NCBI RefSeq assembly: GCF_001194135.2 | Contig: NC_069002.1 | Coordinates: 13,063,708-13,127,707 of the forward strand | DNA: 64,000 nt | Origin: Octopus bimaculoides | Lineage: Eukaryota | Direction: 5' to 3' | Shown: positions 1 to 13,078 of the stretch, piece by piece | How the letters are laid out: each line of letters starts with the position of its first letter | Position numbering within the stretch: the stretch's first letter is position 1 | Notes under the pieces: generated by a model | The model's database searches: none | The model's input: only the letters and a program-made list of their open reading frames with translations | What the model was told of the DNA's origin: nothing | Position numbers and translations under genes: made by a program

Positions 1-103
1 TCACCCATTCTCTTCCTTCCAAAAAAAAAAAAAAACTGTCTCTTTATTTCACACACTCAGATATAATTTAATGTCATCCGATTAATTTCATTTGATCAGT
101 CCT

Positions 104-200
104 TTATATTAGACTGATATCAGCAGAAGCCACCAGGGATTGGACTGGGAGGTACCGCATTATATGTTGATCACCCTTCTTTAAATCTACAATTTCATCC
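104..200 (-). CDS. GINS4: GINS4/SLD5 exon 7 (terminal)
   Basis: CAG acceptor; DEIVDLKKGDQHIMRYLPVQSLVASADISLI* matches human IDLEKGSQHLIRYKTIAPLVASGAVQLI; AATAAA on minus at 43-48. Confidence 0.95.
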
Positions 201-243
201 CTGGAAAATAGAAAAAAAAGAGAGAAATAGGTAAATATATTCA

Positions 244-280
<37 letters not shown>

Positions 281-391
281 TGCGTGTGTGTGTATTTATA
301 TAGGGTAAAAGAGTAAAGAGACATTTTGCTATGTTAGAATGAGACAGTTGGGCACACAACTGAACATTGATTATTTTGGCATGGATGAATC

Positions 392-842
392 ATCATCATC
401 ATCATCATCATCATTTAACGTCCGCTTTCCAAGCTAGCATGGGTTGGACAATTTGACTGAGGACTGACGAACCAGTGGCTACACCAGGCTCCAATCTGAT
501 TTGGCAGAGTTTCTACAGCTGGATGCCCTTCCTAACGCTAACCACTCCGAGAGTGTAGTGGGTGCTTTTACGTGCCACCAGCACGAAGGCCAGTCAGGCG
601 GTACTGGCAACGACCACACTCGAAATGGTGTATTTTACGTGCTACCTGCACAGGAGCCAGTCCAGCGGCACTGGCAACAATCTCGCTCGAATGTCTTTAC
701 ACATGCCACCGGCACAAGTGCCAGGAAGGCGATGCTGGGCATAGGTGCCATCACGATTTCGCTTTCGCTTGCCCCAACAGGTCTTCGCAAGCCGAGTTTC
801 GTGTCCAATGAAGGAGACGACGTTGGTATGGGTGCCAGTCGT
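392..842 (-). mobile_element. RTE-type 3'-end repeat with (GAT)n tail (representative copy)
   Basis: (CAT)n-TTTAACGTCCGCTTTCCA..GCTAGCATGGGTTGGAC...; other copies at about 4288-4590, 13668-14100, 14115-14495, 16383-16690, 38996-39620, 44759-44926. Confidence 0.85.
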
Positions 843-1063
843 TATTTATAAAACCTAATTTGAGAAAAGGGAATGAGCTTTTTGTGTAAGTCAAAATATG
901 ATTGCTTGGAAAACAATAGATACAGGACTTGAGCCCCATGAGTGAGTCTGTTTTCCTTTTCTGTCCTGAATTGGCATTTATAAATCCTAATATCACCAAA
1001 TGGGTTACTGAATCACCCAATCCACTCGACCATTCTAGGAAAGGGAGCAAAGCTGTAACTCAC

Positions 1064-1154
1064 CCCGTTTCCAATGTCTCCTCTTCAACCAAAACTCCAT
1101 CGACATCTTTGTTGACCTTGAAGAAGACGTAGCTGTCCAAAGAAGGAGCGATTC
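1064..1154 (-). CDS. GINS4: GINS4/SLD5 exon 6
   Basis: Polypyrimidine tract + AAG acceptor, GTGAGT donor; (G)IAPSLDSYVFFKVNKDVDGVLVEEETLET contains the PDLDSYVF-like motif. Confidence 0.93.
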
Positions 1155-2149
1155 CTTTGAGAAGAGAAAAATTATTGTAATATTTAGAAATAAAAGGAAT
1201 TTTAAAAAAATAATGTAAGAACATTTATATTTCTTTTATCTTTTTCTGTTACTAGTTTCAGCTTGAGGACTGTGGCCATGCTGGGGCACCACTGTTAGAC
1301 ATATCTACTGTAGAATTACAGTTTAGTGATATACTTGGTGTAGTATAGGTCTGGTGTTTAATGTGTTGTATCAGTCCTGATTGAGAAGTTTTATGATCAA
1401 AGGCATTCCAGCCTTGACCATCCCTACTTTTTTGTTTATACAATCAGCCTTGGACTACATTATCCAATGTGTCCTTTTCTAAGACAACAATGTATAATTT
1501 GAGGGAAATTTGGTTGCTATTTCTAGAAATTGATTTTAGAGTGTTCTCTAGGCATAGGACAAGTTATGAAATATTGATAGGGTTAAGAATGGATCTGGTA
1601 CCCTGGACAAGATAAGAGTGTGCTGGTAAGGAAAAGGGCATATAAAGGGTGTACAAGGGTGTATTTAGTGTAATGATATGGGTAAGTAGTAATTTGGTAT
1701 ATTGAGAAAGTTAAGGGTAGATTTGTGGAGGAAAAGTATAAATTTCTGGCTACTGATGTCCCCAGGTATCACTAAAGCTGTTGAGGGTACAGGGTTGATG
1801 ATGGTGAGGGGCTCAATGTTGGTGGAGCTGACGATGTTGGTAATGTTGGTGGTGAGGTGATGATGATGGTAGTCGTGATGGACTTGATGTTGGTGGTGGT
1901 GGTGGTGGTGGTGATGATGATGATAGTGGTGTGGCTGCTACTAATGATGATGATAATTATGGAAGTGTGTATGTGATGAAGACCGTGGCAGAGTCACCAA
2001 ATAAATTATTATTCGATGAGTGAATTATAGACAGCACATATTGATGCTGGTAATGGTGAAAGTGATGAAGTTGATGTTAGAGATGAAGACAGAAAGTTGT
2101 GACCAGATAAATTAGTGTTTAATATACGACAGACAAAATGTGTTATTGG

Positions 2150-2420
2150 TGTTGCTGCTGCTGATGATGATGTTGATAATAATGTCGTTGATGGTGACGG
2201 TGAGTGATGATGATGACGGTGAGTGATGATGATGAGTGATGATGATGATGAGTGATGATGATGAGTGATGGTGATGATGATGAGTGATGATGATGAGTGA
2301 TGATCATGATGTTGCAGATGATGATGATGATGATGAGGGTATTATTGTTGATGGTGGTTATTGATGTTGCTGATGATAGTGATGATGACGGTATTGTCAT
2401 TGATGGTGGTGGTGGTGATG
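2150..2420. repeat. (GAT)n/(GAGTGATGATGAT)n compound microsatellite
   Basis: Seen directly; representative of many (TA)n, (CA)n, (ATT)n and (GAT)n tracts, e.g. 38176-38340 and 39625-39722. Confidence 0.9.
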
Positions 2421-2451
2421 TATGTGACGAAGCTAGATCGATGACACTTAC

Positions 2452-2540
2452 CGGATAAATTAGACTTCAATGTATGCAACATAGCTGGCATGTGTTGGAC
2501 GACAAGGCCTGTGAGATGATCTTCAACAGAAGACAAATAT
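2452..2540 (-). CDS. GINS4: GINS4/SLD5 exon 5
   Basis: CAG/GTAAGT; (E)YLSSVEDHLTGLVVQHMPAMLHTLKSNLS; phase-compatible with exons 4 and 6; aligns with human ...YLKNVALKHMPPNLQK. Confidence 0.9.
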
Positions 2541-2759
2541 CTGAAGATAAAAGAAACAAGTATATAGCGAGAGACACGTATGCATTACACACAGTGACAG
2601 ACATACAAGGTGCTCCAGTATGGCTAAAACAAAGGAAAGAAATGGACACAGCAATAGACACACATACATACATTTTATATTATCAATTTCGTGCATGCAC
2701 ATTGTTTGTTTTTGATTGTCAACTACACAGTATGGTAGGGTCAGTTGGGCACCGCCTGT

Positions 2760-3520
2760 GAGAAAAACAACCCTATGACACAATTCACTCTGAAATTTGG
2801 AAGTGACATGCTGTACTGCTTGGCATTTGCGCCAGCTGCTCCAATACAAACATTTCAGAGTGTTTGGGTGTCAATCTGAGGACAGTGCAATCTGAGGGTA
2901 TGTACTGAGAGTGATAAAAAAATCAAACATCCAGTCAACATCATGGTGTTGTTTGGAGTGATTACTAGTAATGGTGATGTTATGCCTCCCTTCATCATCC
3001 CACACAATCTCAGACTCAACACGGAGGTCTACATCAATTGCCTGGAGGAGGTAGTGCTTCCCTGGGTCAAGAGAGTGGCTGCTGAAAGACTATGTCTAGC
3101 AACAGAACTCTGCACCGTGCCACACAAGTCATGACTGTCAGACAATTTCTGCGACCTCATTACCTTTAGCATCTGGTCACCAAACTCCCCAGACTGCAAC
3201 CCCCTTGATTATTATGTGTGGAGCACAGTTGAGCAGGAGACCAACAAAACTTCTTGAAACACCAAACATGAACTAAAGGCAAGGATTATGGCAGCATTCA
3301 CTAACTTAAACAAGGAGACCATCCAGAAGAGTTGCAGGAGTTTCCGAAGACATCTGGAGGCTGCGGTTGAAGCCAATGGCAATTTTATTGAATAAATTTA
3401 CTCTTTAGTATTTCAAGATATTTTTATGTAATTTTGGTAAATATATCTGTTAAAATAAGATGTCAATGTTATTTTCATTTTTGCGTAATTTAGACAACAG
3501 TTTATTCACCACACTTCTGA
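2760..3520 (+). mobile_element. Degenerate, internally deleted Tc1/mariner transposon
   Basis: Broken frames give HTH-like EIWK*HAVLLG...ISECLGVNLRTVQ, then MVLFGVITSNGDVMPP and W-SPNSPDCNPLDYYVW (WPPxSPDLNPLD motif). Confidence 0.8.
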
Positions 3521-4587
3521 GTATTTATACATACATATGTTGGTTGAATTTATGATCATCAAACCAGTTTATACCTGTTTAAAATTTTACTTGAAAAAGC
3601 TATGATGTAATCTATGAACGCATCAATAAAATTCAATCAACACAGATGTTGTAAAATTTAAAATCCATTTGCATTCTTTTTTTTATAATTACGCTGCACC
3701 TAAAACCAACCCAGATTTGATCTCTGCTTTAAATTGGATTTGGTATTTACATATCCCCAGTAGTCTATCAACACATAATACTTTCATGGTTGTTTTACCC
3801 CTGTGAATCTTGTTATTACCTAGCCATTTCTGGCATGTTACATGTTGATGTGGCTATAGTCTAATGTCCTATAACTAATATATATATATATATATATTTG
3901 ACAGGAAGGACAACAAAAGACAGAGACCTCGATATTATGTAAATAGAGGAATTTATCTGTAAAAATATGTGACACTTATTCAGTAGCCATGATAAAACTC
4001 AGAGTTTTATCATGGCTACTGAATAAGTGTCACATACTTTTACAGATATATATATATATATATATGTATGTATATATATCATGAGGTAGTGAGTTAAATT
4101 CCTGGACAGAGCTGTGTGTTGTGTTCTTAAGCAAGACACTCTATTTCATGTTACTCATGCTGGTATGCATGAGCAACATCTGTCTTCCATAAACAATCTT
4201 GCTCAGACTTGTACCTCAGAGGGGGACTTTCTTGGTGCAATCTCATGGCCATTCATGACCAAAGGGGGTCTTTAACCTTTATATATATCATCATCATCTT
4301 CATCGTTGTTTAACATCCGCTTTCCATGCTAGCATGGGTTGGACGATTTGACTGAGGACTGGTGAACCAGATGGCTACACCAGGCTCCAATCTGATTTGG
4401 CAGAGTTTCTACAGCTGGATGCCCTTCCTAACGCCAACCACTCCGAGAGTGTAGTAGGTGCTTTTACGTGCCACCGGCACAAAGGCCAGTCAGGCGGTAC
4501 TGGCAACGGCCACGCTCAAAATGGTGTATTTTACATGCCACCTGCACAGGAGCCAGTTCGGCGGCACTGGCAACGATCTCGCTCGAA

Positions 4588-4632
<45 letters not shown>

Positions 4633-6672
4633 GCGCGCACATACCTACAGACATTCACAACTATACACACACATTTATGTCAACCTCATTACTTATATTT
4701 TGAATCTTGTACTTATTCTATGGAACTCTTTTCGCCAAATTGTTAAGTGTTTTGGAAACAAAAACAAACCAACACCGATGGTGAAACAATAAGAGACAGC
4801 TATACATACACACCACATACACCAGAGGGGGAAAGAGGAGAAGAGAGAGAAGAAAGTGGATAGGATTTAGAGAAGAGGAGAAAAAGGGAAAGCGACAGAG
4901 AGATGAAAGGAAGTGAAAAAGGCTGGGTTGTTGGATATGAAAACAGCCTAAAGGAACGTCCTTGGGTTACATATCTGAGTATGTTTCTATGTACATATGT
5001 GAGTGTACAGAAGAATAACATGCTTTTGTGTTTTCAAATTACAAACAGAAAAATACTCTTAGCAATACATAAATATCTGTAAGATAATAATAATAATAAT
5101 AATAATTATAACAATCCTTTCTACTACAGACACAAGGCCTGAAATTTTGGGGGAGAGAATAGTCGATTACATCAACACCCCAGTGTATCGCTGGTACTTA
5201 ATTTATTGTCTCCCAACAGGCGTAGGAGTGGCTGTGTGGTAAGTAGCTTCCTTACCAACCACATGGTTCTGGGTTCAGTCCCACTACGTGGCACCTTGGG
5301 TAAGTGTCTTGCGAGTGAATTTGGTAGATGGAAACTGAAAGAAGCCCGTCGTATATATGTATATATGTATGTATGTGTGTGTATATGTTTGCGTATCTGT
5401 GTTTGTCCCCCCAACATCGCTTGACAACCGATGCTGATGTGTTTACGTCCCCGTAACTTAGTGGTTCGGCAAGACAGACCAATAGAATAAGTACTAGGCT
5501 TCCAAAGAATAAGTCCTGGGGTTGATTTGCTCGACTAAAGGTGATGCTCCAGCATGGCCACAGTCAAATGACTGAAACAAGTAAAAGAGTAACAGAATGA
5601 AAGGCAAAGTTGATCTCGGTGGAATTTGAACTCCGAACATAAAGATGGATGAAATGCCGCCAAGCATTTTGCTCAACATGGTAATGATTCTGCCAGCTAG
5701 CAACCATAATAATAATCCTTTCTACCATAGGCACAAAGCCTGAAATTTTATTGGGGGGGGGGGAACCAGTCGATTACATCGACCCCAGTGTTTNNNNNNN
5801 NNNGGAACCAGTCGATTACATCGACCCCAGTGTTTCACTGGTACTTAATTTATCAACCCCAAAAGGATAAAAGGCAAAGTTGACATTGATGGCATTTGAA
5901 TAATAATAATAATAATAATAATAATGATGATGATGATGATGGTTTCAGATTTTGGCACAAGGCCAGCAATTTCAGGACAGGGACTCAGCCAATTAAACCC
6001 CAGAATGTAAAGATGGATGAAATACTGTGAAGCATTTTTCCCAGTATGCTAATGAGTCTGCAATAATGATGATGAGTCTTTCTACTCTGGGTATACAGTC
6101 TGAAATTTTGTGGTGGTGGTCTTTACCCCTATATATATATATATATATGAGAGAATATTCCTCGTTCTAAAAATGGCCCAATAATAGAATGGTAATCCTG
6201 TCCATCTGTCTGCGGTTGTCTTGCCAAGTGACTGTCAATGAAGAGTTTGGAGGAGAGGGTTAATGAATGTAGTGTAGTGGTGGGTGAAAGCTGTGATAGT
6301 GGAGGTTGGTAGGAGTGATAGAAAGTGTGTGTGTAGGGGGGAGTTAAGACATCTTTTAAGAAACTCAACAGACCTTGGTTGTTAATTTCTTTATATTAAT
6401 AATAAAATGAGATTTTCAAATGACTTTGTTTAATCATTTAATGCTTGTTATTGAGTTAGGTTTGTTGTTTGTGATATCATTTGCAATGTTTTACCTTATT
6501 TGCTGTGTGAGAATTTGGGTTAGTTTGTAGTGTGCTTAGTGGGTTGTGAGAATTGTATTATATATTTAATGCCAGGTGGTGATTATGTAGAGAATATACT
6601 GTACAGGTTGCTATTATTATTATTGAGTGGGAATTATATAAAATATGAGTTGATGGTGTAATATCTTGGTGT

Positions 6673-7055
6673 GGAGGCGCAATGGCCCAGTGGTTAGGGC
6701 AGCGGACTCGCAGTCATAGGATCGCGGTTTCGATTCCCAGACCAGGCATTATGAGTGTTTATTGAGCGAAAACACTTAAAGCTCCACGAGGCTCCGGCAG
6801 GGGATGGTGGCGAACCCTGCTGTACTCTTTTACCACAACTTTCTCTCATTCTTACTTCCTGTTTCTGTTGTGCCTGTAATTCAAAGGGTCAGCCTTGTCA
6901 CGCTGTGTCACGCTGAATATCCTCGAGAACTACGTTAAGGGCACACGTGTCTGTGGAGTGCTCAGCCACTTGCACGGTAATTTCACGAGCAGGCTGTTCC
7001 GTTGATCGGATCAACTGGAACCCTCGACATCGTAAGCAACGGAGTGCCAACAACA
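6673..7055 (+). mobile_element. tRNA-derived SINE, family B (representative full copy)
   Basis: GGAGGCGCAATGGCCCAGTGGTTAGGGCAGCGGACTCG...GGTTTCGATTCCC head, (CAA)n end. Other copies at about 7955-8248(-), 36570-36755(-), 43990-44368(-), 55539-55927(-), 59845-60041(-). Confidence 0.9.
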
Positions 7056-9819
7056 AATATCTTGGTAGTTTTGTTATCCAGTGAGGTATATATACACCAG
7101 AAAAACCAGGAGACTGGCCCTGTACTGCTTACAGAGTAATGTAGATTAACCATGATGAAAAGTGTTCCAGCCTTGACTATCCCATCTTTTTAGGTTATGT
7201 ACTTACTACTTTACTTAAGCCCTTCACTCTCTCTGGAGTAGAAACCCTCGATGAATTTTCTCCAGTTTTTGAGCCTGGGTTGCTCTTTTCTGCTCCTCGC
7301 CAGAGGACTTCCTCTCTGTGTCTTGTTGGTTTTCTATTGTCATTGATGCTTCAGTAACTTCGAAATTTTTTTTTAAGGTAGATGTCTTCTCATCATCATC
7401 ATCGTTTAACATCCACCTTCCATGCTGGCACAGGTTGGATGGTTTGACAGGAGCCAGCCAGGTAGAACACTGCAACAGACTTCTGTGTCTGTTTTGGCAC
7501 GGTTTTTACAGCTGGATGCCCTTCCCTAACACCAACCACCTAGCAGAGTGGGCCAAGTGCTTTTTACATGGAACCAGCTCAGGCAGGGTCAATTTTGACA
7601 TGCTGTTCCTAACACCAACCACTTTACAGTGTGAACTGAGTGCTTTTTACATAGCACCAGCACTGGCAGGGTCACCAAGTAACTTGCAAGACTAAGAACC
7701 TTTGAGAGGGCATTGAAGGTCTTAGTCCTATCTAAACCCATTTTTACCTCTGGGAAGCAATGGGCTTTATCCTTTGATCTGTCCAGCATGGGAGACTCTA
7801 CAAGGAGACTGTATTCCACTGGCATAGCACCCAGGGTCACTGAGGTACAGAAGCCACCAAACTGAAACAGGGACCTTCTCTAATTACTGTTTTATGGGTA
7901 ACTGCCATTTTTTAAATGACAAATAAATTACAATATATTTTGCCCTTTTCGCCCTTTCAAAGCCTAGCCAGGCTCATGGGCCCGGTTTCCCGGTTTCTAA
8001 GGTGTATGTGTTCCCCAGCTGGATGGGACGCCAGTCCATTGCAGCGTTACTCGAGAAACAGGAAGAAAGAGTGAGAGAAAGTTGGGGCGAAAGAGTACAA
8101 CAGGGGTCGCCACCACACCCTGCTGAAGCCTCGTGGAGCTTTAGGTGTTTTCGCTCAATAAACACTCACAACGCTTGGTCTGGGAATCGAAACCGCGATC
8201 CTCCGTCCGCGAGTCCGCTGCCCTAACCACTGGGCCATTGCACCTCCACACAATATATTTTACCAGTTGTTATGTCACAACAAAACTATTTCATGAGACA
8301 TCGTGTTCTAGAAACTTTTTGAGGAAAAATCTTGTGCCAAATGTTCCCACTTGGCTCTTATGCTGGCAAACCTGCACCCATCTATGATGTTCTTTATGTT
8401 TTGGCTTGGCACCACACGTGTGCGTGTGAATAACTTCGTTGACATGAGACATCTATACTAGCACTGCTGGTACTAGTGCAATCCTCAAAGGAATTGTCAT
8501 TAGTATTTTCTTCCTTTTTTAATATTATTTTGGAATGTCTGTGTCTTTTGAGACAATGCTTTTTTTTGTGTTCTCACTTGTGAATGTCCTGAATGTAATA
8601 ATTCTGATTTTGCAGTTTTCTTTTGAGTTACGTAAAATAAAAATTTTCATTAAAAGAAAAGAACAAACTTTTCTCGTTCTCTACAAACCCTGGGTTGACT
8701 AAATTATGTACTGAACATCAAGCTGTCTGTATGCAACAATCTTCAATTAAAATATTCTGTAAAATAAAAAAATATTCTGTTTTGAAGAGTAGCTTGAAAA
8801 GACACCCAACAAAGACAACAAATATTTTTATCATAGGCACAAGGCCAGAAATTTTGAGGGGAGGGGGGGAGTTAGTTGATTATATTGACCCCAGTAGTCA
8901 ACTGGTACTTATTTTATCAACCTCGAAAGAATGAAAGTCAAAGTTGACATCAGCAGTATTTAAACTCAAAACATAAAACCAGAAGAATATATAAATATCT
9001 ATATATTTATACTCGAATATTCATCATCTGAAAATTTTCAGTCTTTGCTTTTTATACCAAACCCAAGCGGTTTTATTTGTTTATTTGCATCATTATCTCC
9101 AAATCTGTTCACCTGAATTCCTCTGGGTCCCTGGCAAAGGTTTCAAAGTGTAAGTTCAAATCATTTGAGCACTATTAAGTGTTTTCTATACCAGGAATAT
9201 CAGAATCTCATCTGTTAACTCTAATTTACCAAATATGTTCTCAAACACTCTTCACACCCTGTACATATATATGTAACACACTCAGACATACACATACACT
9301 CAGACACACACCACACACATACATGTACAGAGATAAGTATACTTTTTACTCTTTTACTTGTTTCAGTCATTTGACTGCGGCCATGCTGGAGCACCGCCTT
9401 TTAGTCGAGCAATCGACCCCAGGACTTATTCTTTGCAAGCCTAGTACTTATTCTATCGGTCTCTTTTTGCCGAACCGCTAAGTTATGGGGACGTAAACAC
9501 ACCAGCATCGGTTGTCAAGCGAAGTTGGGGGGGACAAACACAGACACACAAACATATACACACACATACATATACATATATACGACGGGCTTCTTTCAGT
9601 TTTCGTCTACCAAATCCACTCACAAGGCATTGGTCGGCCCGAGGCTATAATAGAAGACACTTGCCCAAGGTGCCTCGCAGTGGGACTGAACCCAGAACCA
9701 TGTGGTTGGTAAGCAAGCTACTTACCACACAGCCACTCCTGCGCCTGTATATGTACATATCTATATTATATTATTACAAAAGAAAAGGTCGATAGTAACT
9801 TCAAAGTTTCAGCTTTGTG

Positions 9820-10140
9820 GTTTACACCAGATTGTAAATTATTTTATTCTTCCATATATTATCTTTAGTTATTAATAGGGAAAGGTTCATTTTGTGGGAG
9901 GAGCATTGGAAGCGAGAAGTAGGTGTGGTGTAATAGTGTAGTTTTGTAATATATATAGAAATATCTTTATGGATGGTTTGCATGAATGGGGATTGAAGGT
10001 GTGGAAAAATAACAAATTTTTGGTCATAGTATTTATTCAAGCATGTCTGTAAATATAGTTGCAACAGGTAAGACTTGTATAGGAGGAAATGGTGTGGAAA
10101 GGCTGTTTCATGACCTTCACCCATGTTACAATGACTCTCC
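9820..10140 (-). mobile_element. Possible very degenerate Penelope-like GIY-YIG fragment
   Basis: Translation ...CLNKYYDQ...IHKDI...PTSRFQCSSHKMNLSLLITKDNI...KIIYNL loosely resembles PLE endonuclease C-termini. Confidence 0.35.
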
Positions 10141-10329
10141 TTCTCCAACTCCCACCTCATACATTATGCTTGTCTCCCCCCTTTAGCTCCTACAGTCCAC
10201 CAAACCATGTCATCTCCTTCTCATCCCCCACCTACCAGCAACCGTATCTTCTTCCTACACCTGCTATATGCTCCCTCTTACTGCATTCCCGTACCTCCCC
10301 CCCCAACATATTGCTCTTTGTTCACCCAC

Positions 10330-10860
10330 CCTTTAACCCTCTCCTCCTGAGCAATCTCCCCCCCTGCTATCACTTCATTCTCCTTCTGAGCAATCNNNNN
10401 NNNNNNNNNNNNNNNNNNNNNNNNNNNNNNNNNNNNNNNNNNNNNNNNNNNNNNNNNNNNNNNNNNNNNNNNNNNNNNNNNNNNNNNNNNNNNNNNNNNN
10501 NNNNNNNNNNNNNNNNNNNNNNNNNNNNNNNNNNNNNNNNNNNNNNNNNNNNNNNNNNNNNNNNNNNNNNNNNNNNNNNNNNNNNNNNNNNNNNNNNNNN
10601 NNNNNNNNNNNNNNNNNNNNNNNNNNNNNNNNNNNNNNNNNNNNNNNNNNNNNNNNNNNNNNNNNNNNNNNNNNNNNNNNNNNNNNNNNNNNNNNNNNNN
10701 NNNNNNNNNNNNNNNNNNNNNNNTATCACTTCATTCTCCTTCTGAGCAATCCTCCCACCCCCGCTATCACTTCATTCTCCTTCTGAGCAATCTCCCCCCC
10801 TGCTATCACTTCATTCTCCTTCTGAGCAATCCCCCCCTATCACTTCATTCTCCTTCTCAT
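10330..10860. repeat. Minisatellite of about 35-38 bp unit spanning an assembly gap
   Basis: Unit CTATCACTTCATTCTCCTTCTGAGCAATC(T)C5-8; about five copies visible on the two sides of the N run. Confidence 0.85.
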
Positions 10861-11340
10861 AATCTTGCAAACTGCCCACCTACTTCTAGTCAGCTTTTTG
10901 CCTTCTGGGGACACCTGGGCACATCACTGCCATTATCTATCTCCTGCAGCCCCTACTGAACATTTTCCTTTTCTCTCTCCCCTTTTCCCCCATATGAGAC
11001 ATGAGTAGTCATGCAGATCCCTCTACAAGAACCTGCTCTGCACCTCTCCACCAGGGTTCACAAACTGCATGGCAACCTCAGTAGTGAGGGTAGCACAGAA
11101 AAAGCACCCAGTACACACTGTAAAGTGGCTGGCATTACGAAGGGCATCCAGCTATAGAAACCGTCCCAAACACAGACAATGGAGCATGATGCAGTCCTTG
11201 GACTCATCAGAAACTGTCAAACCTTCCAACCCATGCTAACGTGGACATGTATATATTTATTAGTATTTAACAGAAGCAACAGAGTGACTCAAGGGCCAAG
11301 ACTATATGTATATATATGAAGGGTTGGCAGAAAAGTTCAA

Positions 11341-11572
11341 AGGCGGCGAGCTGGCAGAAACGTTAGCATGCCGGGCGAAATGCTTAGTGGTATTTCGACT
11401 GCCATTACGTTCTGAGTTCAAATTCCGCCGAGGTCGACTTTGCCTTTCATCCTTTCGGGGTTGATAAATTAAGTACCAGTTACACACTGGGGTCGATGTA
11501 ATCGACTTAGTCCCTTTGTCTGTCCTTGTTTGTCCCCTCTGTGTGTAGCCCCTTGTGGGCAGTAAAGAAATA
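11341..11572 (+). mobile_element. tRNA-derived SINE, family C, flanked by a long direct repeat
   Basis: GGCGGCGAGCTGGCAGAAACGTTAGC...GAGTTCAAATTCCGCCGAGGTCGACTTTGCC; flanks 11209-11343 and 11573-11745 are duplicated. Confidence 0.85.
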
Positions 11573-11676
11573 AGAAACTGTTAAATCTTCCAACCCATGC
11601 TAACATGGACATGTATATATTTATTAGTATTTAACAGAAGCAACAGAGTGACTCAAGGGCCAAGACTATATGTATG

Positions 11677-11716
<40 letters not shown>

Positions 11717-11719
<3 letters not shown>

Positions 11720-12110
11720 GAAGGGTTGGCAGAAAAGTTCAAGGCTTGGCCAAGATACTCTCATGAACCAAATGAGATTTATTTTTCAACACACTACACC
11801 TTGTGGTCCACACATTTCTTCCATCAGTGTCGGAGAGCTTCAATCCCATTGGTGGAGAAGCTTTCGTTCTGTTGGTAAGAAAAGTCAACACTGCAATACT
11901 GGTTCCCAGCCAAGTGTTTTTCATGTTGAAGAACAGATGATAGTCAGATGGGGTCAACACAAGAGAAAAGGGAGGGTGGTCAACCAGTTCAAAGCTAGTC
12001 ACACACAACAGCCATTAAAAACAAGGACTTGTGTGTTGGAGCCTTATCCTGATAAAATAAGACCCTTTCGTCTCCATATTGCAGAAAGACTCCTTCCAAT
12101 CTTCTCCAGT
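11717..12110 (-). mobile_element. Mariner transposon remnant (C-terminal part and TIR)
   Basis: HPPFSLVLTPSDYHLFFNMK resembles mariner HPPYSPDLAPSDYHLF; TIR-like TA-CGAAGGGTTGGCAGAAAAGTTC at 11717. Confidence 0.7.
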
Positions 12111-12445
12111 AGTGAAATGATTAAAGAAGACTTTATTTATGGAAGATGGAGTTCCTTGTCACATGGCTAAAAAGACCCAAGATTGGTTGGAAGAGAATGG
12201 CATTAAAAAGCTTCCATGGTCAAGCTAGTCACCAGATATGAACCCTATTGAACACCTCTGGGGCATAATGGACAGAACAATTCACAAAAAGACCAAGAAA
12301 GCATTCTCAAAGTCAGATCTTTTTAGATTACTGCATGAAACTTGGAAAAAAAATTCCTCAAGAGAATATTCATCATCTGGTCAGTGACATGCCTAATAGA
12401 GTCCTTGCATTGAAAAATGCAAAAGGCATGTCTACTAAATATAAG
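12110..12445 (+). mobile_element. Tc1 (DD34E-type) transposase C-terminal fossil
   Basis: MEDGVPCHMAKKTQDWLEENGIKKLPWSS*SPDMNPIEHLWGIM...IHHLVSDMPNRVLALKNAKGMSTKY with a stop and a frameshift. Confidence 0.85.
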
Positions 12446-13041
12446 GGTGTCTATTTACTTTTCTCATGTCGGTGTATATGCATATATACATGCATGTATA
12501 CATATAAAAAACATCCATTATACATGCAGTGGTTGACTTAATTCATCATCTGCAACTACTCAATGCCTTTAGCAACATCTACTCTATCAGCTATGCTTGC
12601 ATTGTATATACACTCTATACACACACACACACACACATCACGTGTAACTTTATATACATCAATGCAGGTCATTCAACTCGTAAGATTCCTGACAAACTTT
12701 AAATGTGTTGTTGATAGATTTGCAAGGCAAATGCTTCACTGCTGCCTCCTCATAAGAATTGTCTCAATAGATTCTGTATGAGAAAACAGTTTTCATCTCT
12801 CACTTGTTTCAGTCATTGGAGTGTAGGCCATGCTGGAGCATCACCTTGACAGGTTTAGTTGAACAAATTGACCCCACTACTTTTTTTGTTGTTTTAAAAC
12901 CTGGTGCTTATTCTAATTGGCCTCTTTTGCTGATTCCCTAAGTTTTGGAGATGTAAACAAACCAACACCAGTTCTCAAGCAGAGGGGAAGAAACACACAC
13001 AAACACACAATTTTTTTTTTTCTCCGTGTTTTTCTCCTTAT

Positions 13042-13078
13042 TCTTTCTGTTGAAGAGCGTAGCTCGAAACGTTAAAGA
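13042..13078 (+). ncRNA. Minimal Penelope-type hammerhead-like motif (core A6->T)
   Basis: TCTTT-CTGTTGA-A-GAGC(GTA)GCTC-GAA-ACGT-T-AAAGA; palindromic ACGT in place of stem III. Confidence 0.55.

Noticed and set aside
501-851. Recurrent ORFs such as MAEFLQLDALPNANHSESVVGAF (also 4397, 13736, 16487, 44280)
   Set aside because: They are translations of the non-coding RTE 3'-end repeat; copies differ in frame and stop positions.
1035-1063. Apparent 29-nt GT-AG intron giving an alternative GINS4 end (MVEWIG*)
   Set aside because: Too short to splice; the exon at 104-200 gives the conserved SLD5 C-terminus.
6673-6750. tRNA-like sequences at SINE heads
   Set aside because: They have A/B boxes but no proper acceptor stem or cloverleaf, and continue into a SINE body; not tRNA genes.
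10089-10745. Long ORFs rich in X (also about 15000, 26331, 27757, 36595, 40488, 44207)
   Set aside because: They read through assembly N gaps.
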